IMG/VR virus record: IMGVR_UViG_3300048908_000031
DNA from: a virus
Reading direction: 5' to 3' (one strand)
DNA length: 49,693 bases
The notes below the pieces were generated by a model that ran no database searches, had not been told where the DNA came from, and saw nothing but the letters and a program-made list of their open reading frames with translations. Both the position numbers and the translations under genes were made by a program. This document shows, one piece after another, positions 39,969-49,484 of this stretch; the stretch's first letter is position 1; every line of letters starts with the position of its first letter.

Positions 39969-40330
39969 CGGTACGAAAACTGGACGCTGACGGCGATCTG
40001 GCGCTGGGCAAGGAAGAATTCCTGACCGGCTACAGCGCCGAAGAGGTTGCGCAAAACGTCGTGACCCGCCTCAAGTTCTTCTTGGGTGAATGGTTCCTAA
40101 ACACCACCGACGGCACCGACTGGTTCGGCAGCGTGCTCGGCAAGGGCTCGGCCCTGGCCTCCCGCGAGTCGGTGATCCGTCGCCGCATCCTGCTGACGCC
40201 TGGCTGCGCCGGCATGACCGCCTTCAGCGTGACCTCGGATGCTCTAACCCGAGAATTGACGGTCAGCGCCTCCATTGTCAGCACCTCCGGCGAAACCGCC
40301 GACATCAATTTTGTCCAGGCGATCATCTAA
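39965..40330 (+). CDS. Baseplate wedge small subunit-like protein
   Basis: 121 aa, directly upstream of the baseplate J-like gene. Confidence 0.45.
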   Translation: MTVRKLDADGDLALGKEEFLTGYSAEEVAQNVVTRLKFFLGEWFLNTTDGTDWFGSVLGKGSALASRESVIRRRILLTPGCAGMTAFSVTSDALTRELTVSASIVSTSGETADINFVQAII

Positions 40331-41589
40331 TGGCTGAAATCACCGAACAAGGAATTACCGGGCGCTCGCTCAACGAGTACCTGAGCGATATCGAAACACG
40401 GACGCTGGCGATCGATCCTGACTGGAACATCGACGCCGACTCTCCGGACGGTCAACGCATCGGTATCGACTCCGAGCTGCTGGCCAACCTGGACGAGGCA
40501 GTAGTCGCCGTCTACCGCAGCAAAGATCCAGACAGCGCCACCGGTGAAGCCTTGCGCGATATCGGCAAGATTTCCGGCGTACCGATCCGCGAGGCGACCT
40601 ACTCCATTGCACCAATCACTGTGGTCGGCGCGGCTGGAACAGCCATACCGGCGAACTCGCAAGTGCGCAGTCGCATCGACAACAGTGTCTGGCTGACCAC
40701 CGCCATTATCGTCATCGGCCTCAGCGAGACGGCCACCGGTTTCGCTACCTGCGCCACTCCGGGCCGTGTGCTGGCCTCGGCCGGTGAGCTGACCGTCATC
40801 GGCACGCCCTACCCTGGCTGGGCAACGGTCACCAATGGCGAGGCGGCTGCTGGCGAAAACGCGGAAACCGATACCGATTTCCGCAAGCGCCGCAATGAAT
40901 CCGTGGCTCGCGCAGGCAGCAACATGCGCGACAACATGGTGGCCAACCTCGCCAGCGTGCCTGGCGTGACCGATGTCAAGGTGTTGGAGAACAGCAGCGA
41001 CGACCCGTTCGATGTCGACGGCGTTCCCTATTGCGGCATCGCCATCATCGTTAACGGTGGCAGCGATGCGGACGTGGGGCTGGCGATCTACCAGAAGCAC
41101 AACCCAGGCACACCAATGCTGCCACGGTACAGCGCCAAGACTGACACCTGGATCGATCCGCAAGGGGCGAATGGCGTCAAGGTCGAAGTGACCTCACCCG
41201 TCACCGGCAACAAGGACACCGTGACCTTCCAGCGCGCCACCGGCCTGCCGATCTTCGTGCACGTCACCTACCAAAAGGAAGGCGACCTGCCGAGCGACAT
41301 CGACACGCAGCTCAAGAACGCCATCGTCGCCGACTCGACCCGCCAGCTGTTCGACGGCGAAACCACCACCGGTTTCAACAAGGGCGGTTATGACATCGGC
41401 GAGAAGGTTGTGCCGGGTCGCCTGTACACGCCGGTGAACAAGGTGCTAGGTAAGTACGGCGACAGCTACGTCACCGCGCTGACCATCGGCCTTAACGCTA
41501 TCAGTCAAGGCCTGACCCCGATCCAGCCGACCATCGCCCAGATCGCCACCTTTGACGCCGACAACATCGCGGTTACGGTGATCCCATGA
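40330..41589 (+). CDS. Baseplate J-like protein
   Basis: 419 aa from MAEITEQGITGRSLNEYLSDIE..., with the EALRDIGKISGVPIREATYS pattern. Confidence 0.65.
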   Translation: MAEITEQGITGRSLNEYLSDIETRTLAIDPDWNIDADSPDGQRIGIDSELLANLDEAVVAVYRSKDPDSATGEALRDIGKISGVPIREATYSIAPITVVGAAGTAIPANSQVRSRIDNSVWLTTAIIVIGLSETATGFATCATPGRVLASAGELTVIGTPYPGWATVTNGEAAAGENAETDTDFRKRRNESVARAGSNMRDNMVANLASVPGVTDVKVLENSSDDPFDVDGVPYCGIAIIVNGGSDADVGLAIYQKHNPGTPMLPRYSAKTDTWIDPQGANGVKVEVTSPVTGNKDTVTFQRATGLPIFVHVTYQKEGDLPSDIDTQLKNAIVADSTRQLFDGETTTGFNKGGYDIGEKVVPGRLYTPVNKVLGKYGDSYVTALTIGLNAISQGLTPIQPTIAQIATFDADNIAVTVIP

Positions 41590-42245
41590 TTATGGACCAC
41601 GTCGCGCGCGCCAAGTCGCGCATCATCAACAAATACCGCGACAAGCAGCGCATGATGCGCTGGCTGACCATTACGCCCGAGATTGCCAATCAGTATCTGG
41701 AAGCGCCGCTGGATACGCTCTATGGCAGCTACGACGTCGACACCGTGACCGGCGACATGCTGGACATCATCGGCATCATCGTCGGGGTGCGCCGGCCAAT
41801 CCTGCGCGGTACGGCGTTCGACGTCTTCGGCTATGCGGGTAACGACAGCTACACCAACTACAACATCGCGCCCTACATCGGTGAGGGCGGCATCATTGAT
41901 GCGCCGCTGAACAACGACCTGTATCGCAAGATGATCAAGGCGAAGATCGCCCGCAACATCAGCGACGGCACGGCCGACAGCATCATCCAGCTGGTGGAAA
42001 TCATCATCGGCGTGAAGGTCACGGCGCTGATCTGCAACGGCGACAAGTCCTTCGACATCGGTATCGCCTCGGAACTGGACAACACCACGCTGTACCTGAT
42101 CGAGAATTTCGACCTGATCCCGCGCCCGCAAGGCACGCGCATTGGCGAGATTTTCATCCTGCCGCCGAACATCACCGACATCGAATCGTCGTCGGAGCAC
42201 ATCTACGACTACGCCAACGTAACCCTTCCCGGAGATATAGCCTGA
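41586..42245 (+). CDS. DUF2612-like baseplate/tail protein
   Basis: AKSRIINKYRDKQRMMRWL...GDMLDIIGIIVGVRRP. Confidence 0.5.
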   Translation: MIMDHVARAKSRIINKYRDKQRMMRWLTITPEIANQYLEAPLDTLYGSYDVDTVTGDMLDIIGIIVGVRRPILRGTAFDVFGYAGNDSYTNYNIAPYIGEGGIIDAPLNNDLYRKMIKAKIARNISDGTADSIIQLVEIIIGVKVTALICNGDKSFDIGIASELDNTTLYLIENFDLIPRPQGTRIGEIFILPPNITDIESSSEHIYDYANVTLPGDIA

Positions 42246-43084
42246 TGGCACGACAGCCTTTTAATACGCGCTGGGCTCAGGGCGTGGAAACCGAGGACAA
42301 CCTGAACAGCTTCAAGCTTCCCGGGGATGTGCGTATTTCCACCGGCTGGGAAGGTGGACAGGACAAGGATGCCCCTCCGGCCGGGCAGGAAAACTGGTGG
42401 CATAACCGGGTCGACACGGCGCTGCAGGACATCGAGCGTCAAGGGGTGATGACCTGGCACGCCCAGGCGATTTACGGCCTTGGCGCGCCCTGCTACGCCA
42501 CTGACGGTTATTACTACGAGTCGCTGACCACCGCCAACACCAACAACAACCCGCTGACCAGCCCACTCTACTGGCGGCAGATCGGCCAGACGCTGTACGC
42601 GAGTTTCAGCATTGCCGAATACAAGGACGTGGCACACAACGGCGCTCCCGATAATGGCTGGCTGAAGTGCGTTGGCGCCGTCCTGCTGCGAGCGTCCTAT
42701 CCGAAGCTGTTTGCCGTCATCGGCACGACCTACAACACCGGTGGCGAGCTGAGCACGCAATTCCGCCTGCCGGATTGGCGCGGTGTATTCCCTCGTTTTC
42801 TGGACGATGGTCGCGGCATCAACACCGGTCGAACCCTCAGCAACATCATCGAGCCCAGCCAGAACCTGGCACACGGCCACGGCGTGAATGACCCAAGCCA
42901 CACGCACGGGTACGGCTCGGCCACGTTTGGTACGGAAATGATGGGTGGCGGCAGTAACAACTACGCCAAACCGGTCTTCGGCCAGACTAGCAACGCCACT
43001 ACAGGCATCAGCATCCAGTCTGCCGGTGGCGCTGAAGCTCGCCCCTCCAACCTCGCGCAAGTTCGTTGGATTCGATACCTATGA
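42245..43084 (+). CDS. Tail fibre protein with a tail-collar domain
   Basis: LLRASYPKLFAVIGTTYNTGGELSTQFRLPDWRGVFPR...HGHGVNDPSHTH. Confidence 0.75.
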   Translation: MARQPFNTRWAQGVETEDNLNSFKLPGDVRISTGWEGGQDKDAPPAGQENWWHNRVDTALQDIERQGVMTWHAQAIYGLGAPCYATDGYYYESLTTANTNNNPLTSPLYWRQIGQTLYASFSIAEYKDVAHNGAPDNGWLKCVGAVLLRASYPKLFAVIGTTYNTGGELSTQFRLPDWRGVFPRFLDDGRGINTGRTLSNIIEPSQNLAHGHGVNDPSHTHGYGSATFGTEMMGGGSNNYAKPVFGQTSNATTGISIQSAGGAEARPSNLAQVRWIRYL

Positions 43085-43278
43085 GCCAGAAGACCGTTTA
43101 CCAATACGACGCCAACGGCTGGTACGTGGGCGAAACGCTGGCCGATGCCGATCCGGTCGTGATCGGTAGTTGGCTGATCCCGGCCGGCTGCGTCGACGTC
43201 AAACCACCACTCTTTACCGCCGGCAAGATCCCCAAATGGGTCGGCTATAAGTGGAAACTCATAACCCCGCAGGTGTGA
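43081..43278 (+). CDS. Tail fibre assembly/chaperone-like small protein
   Basis: MSQKTVYQYDANGWYVGETLADADP...LIPAGCVDVKPP resembles Tfa N-termini. Confidence 0.45.
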   Translation: MSQKTVYQYDANGWYVGETLADADPVVIGSWLIPAGCVDVKPPLFTAGKIPKWVGYKWKLITPQV

Positions 43279-43280
43279 AT

Positions 43281-43730
43281 ATGGAAAGGCCGAGAAAGCG
43301 TCGTTTCACCGACAAGATGGAGGCGTTCTGCCTCGCCTACATCGAAACCAACAACGCTTCCGAGGCCTACCGTCGCACCTACAACGTCGCCAACATGGCC
43401 GAAAAGACCATGCAGCGCGAGGGCTGGAACCTGTTTCAGCGGCCGCAGGTGCAGGAGCGGCTGGCTGAGCTAAGGGAAAAGGTCATGGACAGGCATAACA
43501 TCACCGTCGATACGCTGCTGGCCGAACTGGAAGAGGCACGCCAGAAGGCCATGAATGCCGAGACACCTCAAGCCTCGGCCGCCGTCTCGGCCACCATGGG
43601 CAAGGCCAAGCTGCTAGGCCTGGACAAGAAGATTGTCGAAATCACCGGCAAGAACGGCGGCGACATCAAGACCAGTTCCACCGTGACCGTGTCCGAGAAG
43701 GTCATGAACTCCATCATTGATCGCCTATGA
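43281..43730 (+). CDS. terS: Terminase small subunit
   Basis: FTDKMEAFCLAYIETNNASEAYRRTYNV...GWNLFQRPQVQERLAELRE. Confidence 0.75.
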   Translation: MERPRKRRFTDKMEAFCLAYIETNNASEAYRRTYNVANMAEKTMQREGWNLFQRPQVQERLAELREKVMDRHNITVDTLLAELEEARQKAMNAETPQASAAVSATMGKAKLLGLDKKIVEITGKNGGDIKTSSTVTVSEKVMNSIIDRL

Positions 43731-45337
43731 GCGCCCTGCTCGATTGGGACTCAATGGATGACGCGGAAAAGCAGGCGGTCAAGATTATTGGCGAGCATTC
43801 GCCGCTGTCCTTCATGCGCGTCTTTTTCCAGTTGAACCAGGGCATGAAGATGCTCTGCAACTGGCACCACCGCTACATGGATCACACCGCGCTCAAGGTA
43901 TTGTCGGGCGAGCTGAAGAACGTCGTGTTCAACATGCCGCCGGGCGGTACCAAGACCGAATACTGGTCGATTCACCTGCCCGCCTACGCCATGACCGTGC
44001 TCGACCGCACGCGTACGCTCAACGTCTCCTATTCGAAATCCCTGGTCGAAGAGAACTCGAACCGCATCAAGTCGATTATCACCAGCGACGAATATCAAGG
44101 CCTATGGCCGTGTGCGCTGGGCAAGGCTGATGTGGCCAACTGGGTCGTTACCGATGATCGCGGGCGCAACAAACACCAGATCTTCAGCCGCTCCACGGGC
44201 GGGCAGATCACCGGTGTGCGTGGCGGCTATATCTCCGAGGGCTTCACCGGGTTCATCAACCTGGACGACCCGGAGAAGGCCGACAGCGCGTTCAGCGCGA
44301 CCATGCGGGCCAAGGCACAGCGAATCGTCACCAACACCCTGCGTAGCCGTAGGGCGTCTCCGGATACACCGGTCATCTGCACCCAGCAGCGCCTGCACAC
44401 GGATGACGTGTCGGGCTTTCTGCTCAAGGGTGGCATGGGTCTGGACTTCACGCACATCAAGGTGCCGGCGTTGGTCACGCGCGAGTACATCGCCAGCCTT
44501 CCGGATGAGATCCGCGAACACGCCGAGCGGGACGTTTTTAGCAGTCCATCAATCGTCCGTGGCGGTGTCGAATACTGGTCCTACTGGCCCGCCAAGGAAA
44601 CCGTTGCCGACCTGATGGCGCTGTGGGATCGCGACCCGTACACGATGGTTAGCCAGTACCAGCAGGAGCCTGTAGCCCTGAGCGGCGGCATGATCGATGC
44701 CGACTGGTTCAAGACCTATCAGCAACTGCCTTTTCTGGTTTGGCGCGGCGTTTACGTCGACACCGCGCAGAAGACCGGCGAGCAGCACGACTACTCGGTC
44801 TTCAGTCATTGCGGCCTGGGCGTCGACGGCAACCTGTACATCATCGAGATCCATCGCGGCAAGTACGACGCTGGCGACCTTGAGACGACCGCCCTGCGCC
44901 TATGGCAGCAATGGAAGACCTGGGACCAATACCGCCCGGCCGCGCTGCGCTACATGCGCGTCGAGGACAAGTCGAGCGGCACCGGCCTGATTCAGACCAT
45001 CAGCAAAAAGGGTTCGATTCCGATCGAGGCGCAACCGCGCGGCCCGGCCGCCAACAAGGTCACGCGCTGCATGGACGCCGTGCCATGGCTCAAGTCGGGC
45101 CGGGTATTCGTGCCGGCGATCTACGACGATCAAGGCCGCAAGCTTGAGCACGTCAAGGATCACCGCGGCGAGATCGTCGCCTCGACGGACTGGGTGACGC
45201 CCTTCCTCACCGAAGCCTCGGCCTTCACCGCCGACGACAGCCACGACTTCGACGATCAGGTCGACACCATCTTCGACGCGGTGGCCGACATGCTGATCAG
45301 CAATAACGGCGAATTCTTCTCCGGCAACTGGCTGTAA
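43727..45337 (+). CDS. terL: Terminase large subunit
   Basis: 536 aa, ATGA-coupled to terS. Walker A-like NMPPGGTKTE and Walker B-like GFINLDDPEK. The C-terminal nuclease half has conserved acidic residues. Confidence 0.8.
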   Translation: MSALLDWDSMDDAEKQAVKIIGEHSPLSFMRVFFQLNQGMKMLCNWHHRYMDHTALKVLSGELKNVVFNMPPGGTKTEYWSIHLPAYAMTVLDRTRTLNVSYSKSLVEENSNRIKSIITSDEYQGLWPCALGKADVANWVVTDDRGRNKHQIFSRSTGGQITGVRGGYISEGFTGFINLDDPEKADSAFSATMRAKAQRIVTNTLRSRRASPDTPVICTQQRLHTDDVSGFLLKGGMGLDFTHIKVPALVTREYIASLPDEIREHAERDVFSSPSIVRGGVEYWSYWPAKETVADLMALWDRDPYTMVSQYQQEPVALSGGMIDADWFKTYQQLPFLVWRGVYVDTAQKTGEQHDYSVFSHCGLGVDGNLYIIEIHRGKYDAGDLETTALRLWQQWKTWDQYRPAALRYMRVEDKSSGTGLIQTISKKGSIPIEAQPRGPAANKVTRCMDAVPWLKSGRVFVPAIYDDQGRKLEHVKDHRGEIVASTDWVTPFLTEASAFTADDSHDFDDQVDTIFDAVADMLISNNGEFFSGNWL

Positions 45338-45390
45338 CCCTACCGACCTTCTCGGGTCGCACTCATTAAATTCGCCCCAAGGAAATACGC

Positions 45391-47856
45391 ATGGCCAACC
45401 AGACCCAGCGGCTTGAACTCGCCACGGTTAACGCAGAACTCGGCAGCCACATTCTTTTCCGGTTCGCCAATGACGCCGTTGGCGCCGCCCTGATTCCGAC
45501 CGACTCGGGCGACATCAAGAACCTGAAGCAGGTCGTCGTCGACATCCAGGCAGACGGTGCGGAAAAGATCAGCTTCGCCACCACGATCTATCCGACCACG
45601 GCGGCGGGCATTGCGGCGACCACGGATGGTGCGATCTTTCTGGTGAAGTCGTCCGATCCAGACGAGATCTATGCCGTCTACAGCAATACGGCTGGCGTGG
45701 CGGTGGACACCGGGAAGCGGGCGCTGTCAGCGACAGCCATTCAGGCGGCAATGGATGCGGCGAATGCGTCGGCTGATGCCGCCGAGTCCTCTGCCGATGA
45801 CGCCGCCCTGCGTGTCGCGCCGTTCCTTGGAACCTTCGCTACTGCTCCTACTCTACGCAATGATGGCTCTGCACTGCAGATCGGAGACCGCTACTTCAAT
45901 AGTGGCGACGACACTGAATACCTCTACAGGTCGGCAGGCTGGGAGCCGAGCAATGTCGACTGGGATGATCTAGCGACCGCCACTGGGCTCGTTTCCGTGT
46001 CGGCCATGCGCGCCATCAGCACCATTTTTTTCACTCGCGCCGAGACGCTGGGGTATACCAGCGCCGGGGACGGCGGCCACGGAAAGTATTATTTTATTCT
46101 TGATGCAACCCCGCCAACCGATAACGGCCTTACAGTCATCCACTCTGACGACGGTCGCGGCTATTGGGTGCTAATCCATAGCGGAACAATCGACGTTAAG
46201 CAGGCTGGCGCACGGGCAGGGATTGATTGCTCGACGGCTTTTTCCAAGGTTGCCGCCGCTGTTGTTGCGAGCAACGGCGCGATTGCGCGTGTAGTGTTCT
46301 CAGCTGTGAGCGGCGGACAATACACCGTCGGCAGCCAGGTGCTGCTCAACTGCAGCCAGGTGACTTACGAGTTCCATGCAGATGTGGTCAATACATCCAC
46401 TGCATACACCACACCGCTGGTCTTTGCGCACGACATCAATGCTCAGCCGCTGGCGGCGCTGTCCAACGTAACCATTGTCGGTAACGGTTATAAATGGGAC
46501 GGAAACGGCGCGGCTATTCTGGCGGTAATGGGGCTAGGGGCGGGGGTTCTGCCATCTACCTTTCCGGCACCGATGTTTAACTACATCGACAACCTCAAGA
46601 TTCATGAGGTCGACTTTGCTAACGGCGTGTATGACAGCCTCAATCTAAGGCAATGCCGTAACCACAAGATCAGCAAGTGCATTTTTCGTGATGCTACGCA
46701 GTACCTGGCCAACGGCCTGAACATCACCACTAACTGGGCGACGTATATTCGTGGAGATTACCGCACCTACAGTCACGGAGTGGTTGAAGATTGCGTGGCT
46801 TACAATAACTCATCGATGGGGATGACCTATTACCACTGTAGCGGTGGTACATTCAGAGGGTGTATTGCGCATAATAATGGCCTTAACAATGGGTCCGGCG
46901 GGTCAGGAAGCGGCTTCAGCTACGAGTCACCATCGGGCTCGGTATCGATAAAATATGCAGATGGCCGATTTGAAAACTGCCACGCTAACAATAACGGAAT
47001 CAATGGATACTACATCAACACGCCGGGGGTGACAGTCGATGCAGACTGCACTTCGATGGGTAACGGCGTACTAGGCCTAACCAACGATGTCAGCGGCTTG
47101 CAGATGTGCGGGGTAGTGGTTTCTGGCGCCGATCAGGTCACCGTACTCGGAATCCATACGCTCAACGCGCGTCATGGGGTTTCCTTCCTCGGCGCGACCG
47201 GCTTGCTCCCAACCTGGAACTGCGGCGGCGAGTACAGCGACAATGCCGGCTGCGGTATCGCGATCCAGAGCATTCATCGCGGCGGCATAAACCCAGGGAC
47301 CAAGCTTTTCAGGAACGGTCGAACCCTTATTGGTGGGCAGAACCTACCAGCGCTCAGCGTGTCGAACTCGGCCTACAACAACATGGGCGGCTCATTCACG
47401 GCGGTTGGCCTGGAGTTTGACAGCAACGGCGCCCGAGATATCAACGTCGCGAACGTGCGCACGGTTGAGGTCGGCAACTGCAAATCTTTCAACACCAATG
47501 ATGTGCGCGGTTCTACTGGCGGCACAGGGTACAACTTCGGCGCGATCACAGCGCTGTTATTGCACGATAACTTCCTGGATGTATCCGGCAATGGATGGAC
47601 TACGAACGGCTATATCGTCAACAATGACGTTTCCGTTTGCTACCAGAAGAGTAACAAGTCCAATCAGGCGTCCGGAACGGTCATGACCAATAATGCCAGC
47701 ACTAAGTTCGGCATTTCTAACGCCGCACGAATGACGACAAGCACTCATACAACCCTTACATCCCTTCCCGCAACCTCTTCAGCAACTCTCGCTAACGTTG
47801 CAGATTCCTTGGCTACGCTGATTGAATCACTGAAGGATGGCGTTATGCAGGGTTGA
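45391..47856 (+). CDS. Tailspike / depolymerase-like protein (right-handed beta-helix)
   Basis: 821 aa. Contains LGYTSAGDGGHGKYYF, a pectate-lyase-like entry. The central and C-terminal parts carry many N/G/T/V-rich beta-helix-like repeats. Confidence 0.7.
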   Translation: MANQTQRLELATVNAELGSHILFRFANDAVGAALIPTDSGDIKNLKQVVVDIQADGAEKISFATTIYPTTAAGIAATTDGAIFLVKSSDPDEIYAVYSNTAGVAVDTGKRALSATAIQAAMDAANASADAAESSADDAALRVAPFLGTFATAPTLRNDGSALQIGDRYFNSGDDTEYLYRSAGWEPSNVDWDDLATATGLVSVSAMRAISTIFFTRAETLGYTSAGDGGHGKYYFILDATPPTDNGLTVIHSDDGRGYWVLIHSGTIDVKQAGARAGIDCSTAFSKVAAAVVASNGAIARVVFSAVSGGQYTVGSQVLLNCSQVTYEFHADVVNTSTAYTTPLVFAHDINAQPLAALSNVTIVGNGYKWDGNGAAILAVMGLGAGVLPSTFPAPMFNYIDNLKIHEVDFANGVYDSLNLRQCRNHKISKCIFRDATQYLANGLNITTNWATYIRGDYRTYSHGVVEDCVAYNNSSMGMTYYHCSGGTFRGCIAHNNGLNNGSGGSGSGFSYESPSGSVSIKYADGRFENCHANNNGINGYYINTPGVTVDADCTSMGNGVLGLTNDVSGLQMCGVVVSGADQVTVLGIHTLNARHGVSFLGATGLLPTWNCGGEYSDNAGCGIAIQSIHRGGINPGTKLFRNGRTLIGGQNLPALSVSNSAYNNMGGSFTAVGLEFDSNGARDINVANVRTVEVGNCKSFNTNDVRGSTGGTGYNFGAITALLLHDNFLDVSGNGWTTNGYIVNNDVSVCYQKSNKSNQASGTVMTNNASTKFGISNAARMTTSTHTTLTSLPATSSATLANVADSLATLIESLKDGVMQG

Positions 47857-47917
47857 CGCATCATCAACAAAATATCGCCCGCCCCAGTGCGGGCCATCTT
47901 TCCACCGGGAGAACCCT

Positions 47918-48529
47918 ATGCCCATCACCCCGCAGCAACTGCTGCAGATCCTCCCGAGCGCCGGCCCAGTTGCCGGCGTTTTTGCGACTGCGCTGAATGA
48001 GGCGATGGCGCGCTTCAAGATTGATACGCCATTGCGTGTGGCAGCGTTCATCGCCCAAGTCGGCCATGAGTCCGGCCAGTTGCGCACGCTGGTCGAAAAC
48101 CTGAACTACAGCGCTGAGGCCTTGCTCCGCACCTGGCCGAAGCGCTTCACTCCGCAGACGGCTTCCGCAGTCGCGCGCAAGCCTGAGCAGATCGCCAACA
48201 TTGTCTATGCCTCGCGCATGGGTAACGGGCCTGCGGTTACTGGTGACGGCTGGAAGTATCGTGGGCGTGGACTGATCCAGGTCACTGGCTGGGTGAATTA
48301 TCAGGCCTGTGGTCAGGCCCTGAGCCTCGACCTGCTGACCAGGCCTGAACTGCTGGAGCAGCCCGTCTATGCCGCCCTGTCCGCTGCATGGTTCTGGTCG
48401 AGCAATGGCCTAAATGAACTTGCGGATGCTGAGCGGTTTTCAGCAATTACTCAGCGCATCAATGGCGGCCAAAACGGCGCAGCTGATCGACTGGAGATCT
48501 ATCAGCGCGCCCTGAAGGTGCTGGCATAG
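47918..48529 (+). CDS. Endolysin, glycoside hydrolase family 19 (chitinase-like)
   Basis: AAFIAQVGHESGQLRTLVENLNYS...YRGRGLIQVTGWVNY...AAWFW; RBS GGGAGA. Confidence 0.85.
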   Translation: MPITPQQLLQILPSAGPVAGVFATALNEAMARFKIDTPLRVAAFIAQVGHESGQLRTLVENLNYSAEALLRTWPKRFTPQTASAVARKPEQIANIVYASRMGNGPAVTGDGWKYRGRGLIQVTGWVNYQACGQALSLDLLTRPELLEQPVYAALSAAWFWSSNGLNELADAERFSAITQRINGGQNGAADRLEIYQRALKVLA

Positions 48530-48531
48530 GG

Positions 48532-48924
48532 TTATTGATTCAGCTCCTTGACCTTGTCGATGGCATTATTCCATCCTTCTGCGTAGGCAACTTCATCAAT
48601 GTTCGTGTTGTATAACTCAGTTTCCGGAACATGCTCGCGCTCTGGCAGCACCACCGATACCGGCGCTGGCGGTGAGGTGTACGAAAGAGATTTCAATTCA
48701 TACCCTGAGCCTTCGCCGGCCCATGATGGCTTCCCGTAAAACAGTCCGGGCTTGACGCCATTACCCGAAACTTCCCAAGCTACCACTTGGCGCTCGACGA
48801 CCTTCCCCGCTTCCTGAGCTAGAGCGGCGCGGAGATCAGCATAAAGCTGCGAAGGCTGCGGTTCATCGTTGGCCTTGATGCAACGCTCCAGAAGCTCCCG
48901 CTTCACCAGCAAATATTCGCTCAT
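48532..48924 (-). CDS. Hypothetical protein (130 aa), last gene of the leftward operon
   Basis: ORF with an ATGA overlap to the upstream gene. Its stop is 2 nt from the convergent endolysin stop. Confidence 0.55.
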   Translation of the reverse strand: MSEYLLVKRELLERCIKANDEPQPSQLYADLRAALAQEAGKVVERQVVAWEVSGNGVKPGLFYGKPSWAGEGSGYELKSLSYTSPPAPVSVVLPEREHVPETELYNTNIDEVAYAEGWNNAIDKVKELNQ

Positions 48925-49484
48925 TTCCTCGATACTCCTTCGTCTAGGCGCAGCTCGCTACCGACGCGAATTGAGACTTCGTTGAATTTTGCTGCGACTG
49001 CCAAGCCAAGATCGATACCGAATCGAGCGGCTAGAAGGTCGGCATATGTGACGACGTCGGCCAGCTCTTTTGCCAAGGCCGCTACACGCTCATCAGTGAG
49101 GCCGTCGCGGTCGATCTTTTTCACGACGTTGCAAGCTTCGCCACACTCGCCTGCCATGGCGTTACCCCACCATGGCCCATCCTTGGATTCGAGCGGGAAG
49201 AAAGCGCCGTTGCAGCGCTCAATGTTTTTTGCTCGTAGTTCTTTGAAAGAAAGCTGCGAGCGCTTCGGACCATAGCGCATGTCTTGCTGCCGTTGCTGGT
49301 CTTGCCAGATGGCCAGGTCTTCACAGTCCGGAACATAAAACGGCTCGCAGATTAACGTACTGCCGCCCATACACTGATCGCCGTACCAGCCGCCCGCGTG
49401 ACGCCCGGTAAGCTTCGCAAGTGCTGTAGAGCCGCCACCGTAACGGACGATATCACCTACTTTAGGATCGCTGAGGGTTCTCAT
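48921..49484 (-). CDS. MazG-like nucleotide pyrophosphohydrolase with a unique ~75-aa N-terminal domain
   Basis: WWGNAMAGECGEACNVVKKIDRDG...LAKELADVVTYADLLAARFGIDLGLAVAAKFNEVSIR. ATGA overlap at 49481-49484. Confidence 0.7.
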   Translation of the reverse strand: MRTLSDPKVGDIVRYGGGSTALAKLTGRHAGGWYGDQCMGGSTLICEPFYVPDCEDLAIWQDQQRQQDMRYGPKRSQLSFKELRAKNIERCNGAFFPLESKDGPWWGNAMAGECGEACNVVKKIDRDGLTDERVAALAKELADVVTYADLLAARFGIDLGLAVAAKFNEVSIRVGSELRLDEGVSRK

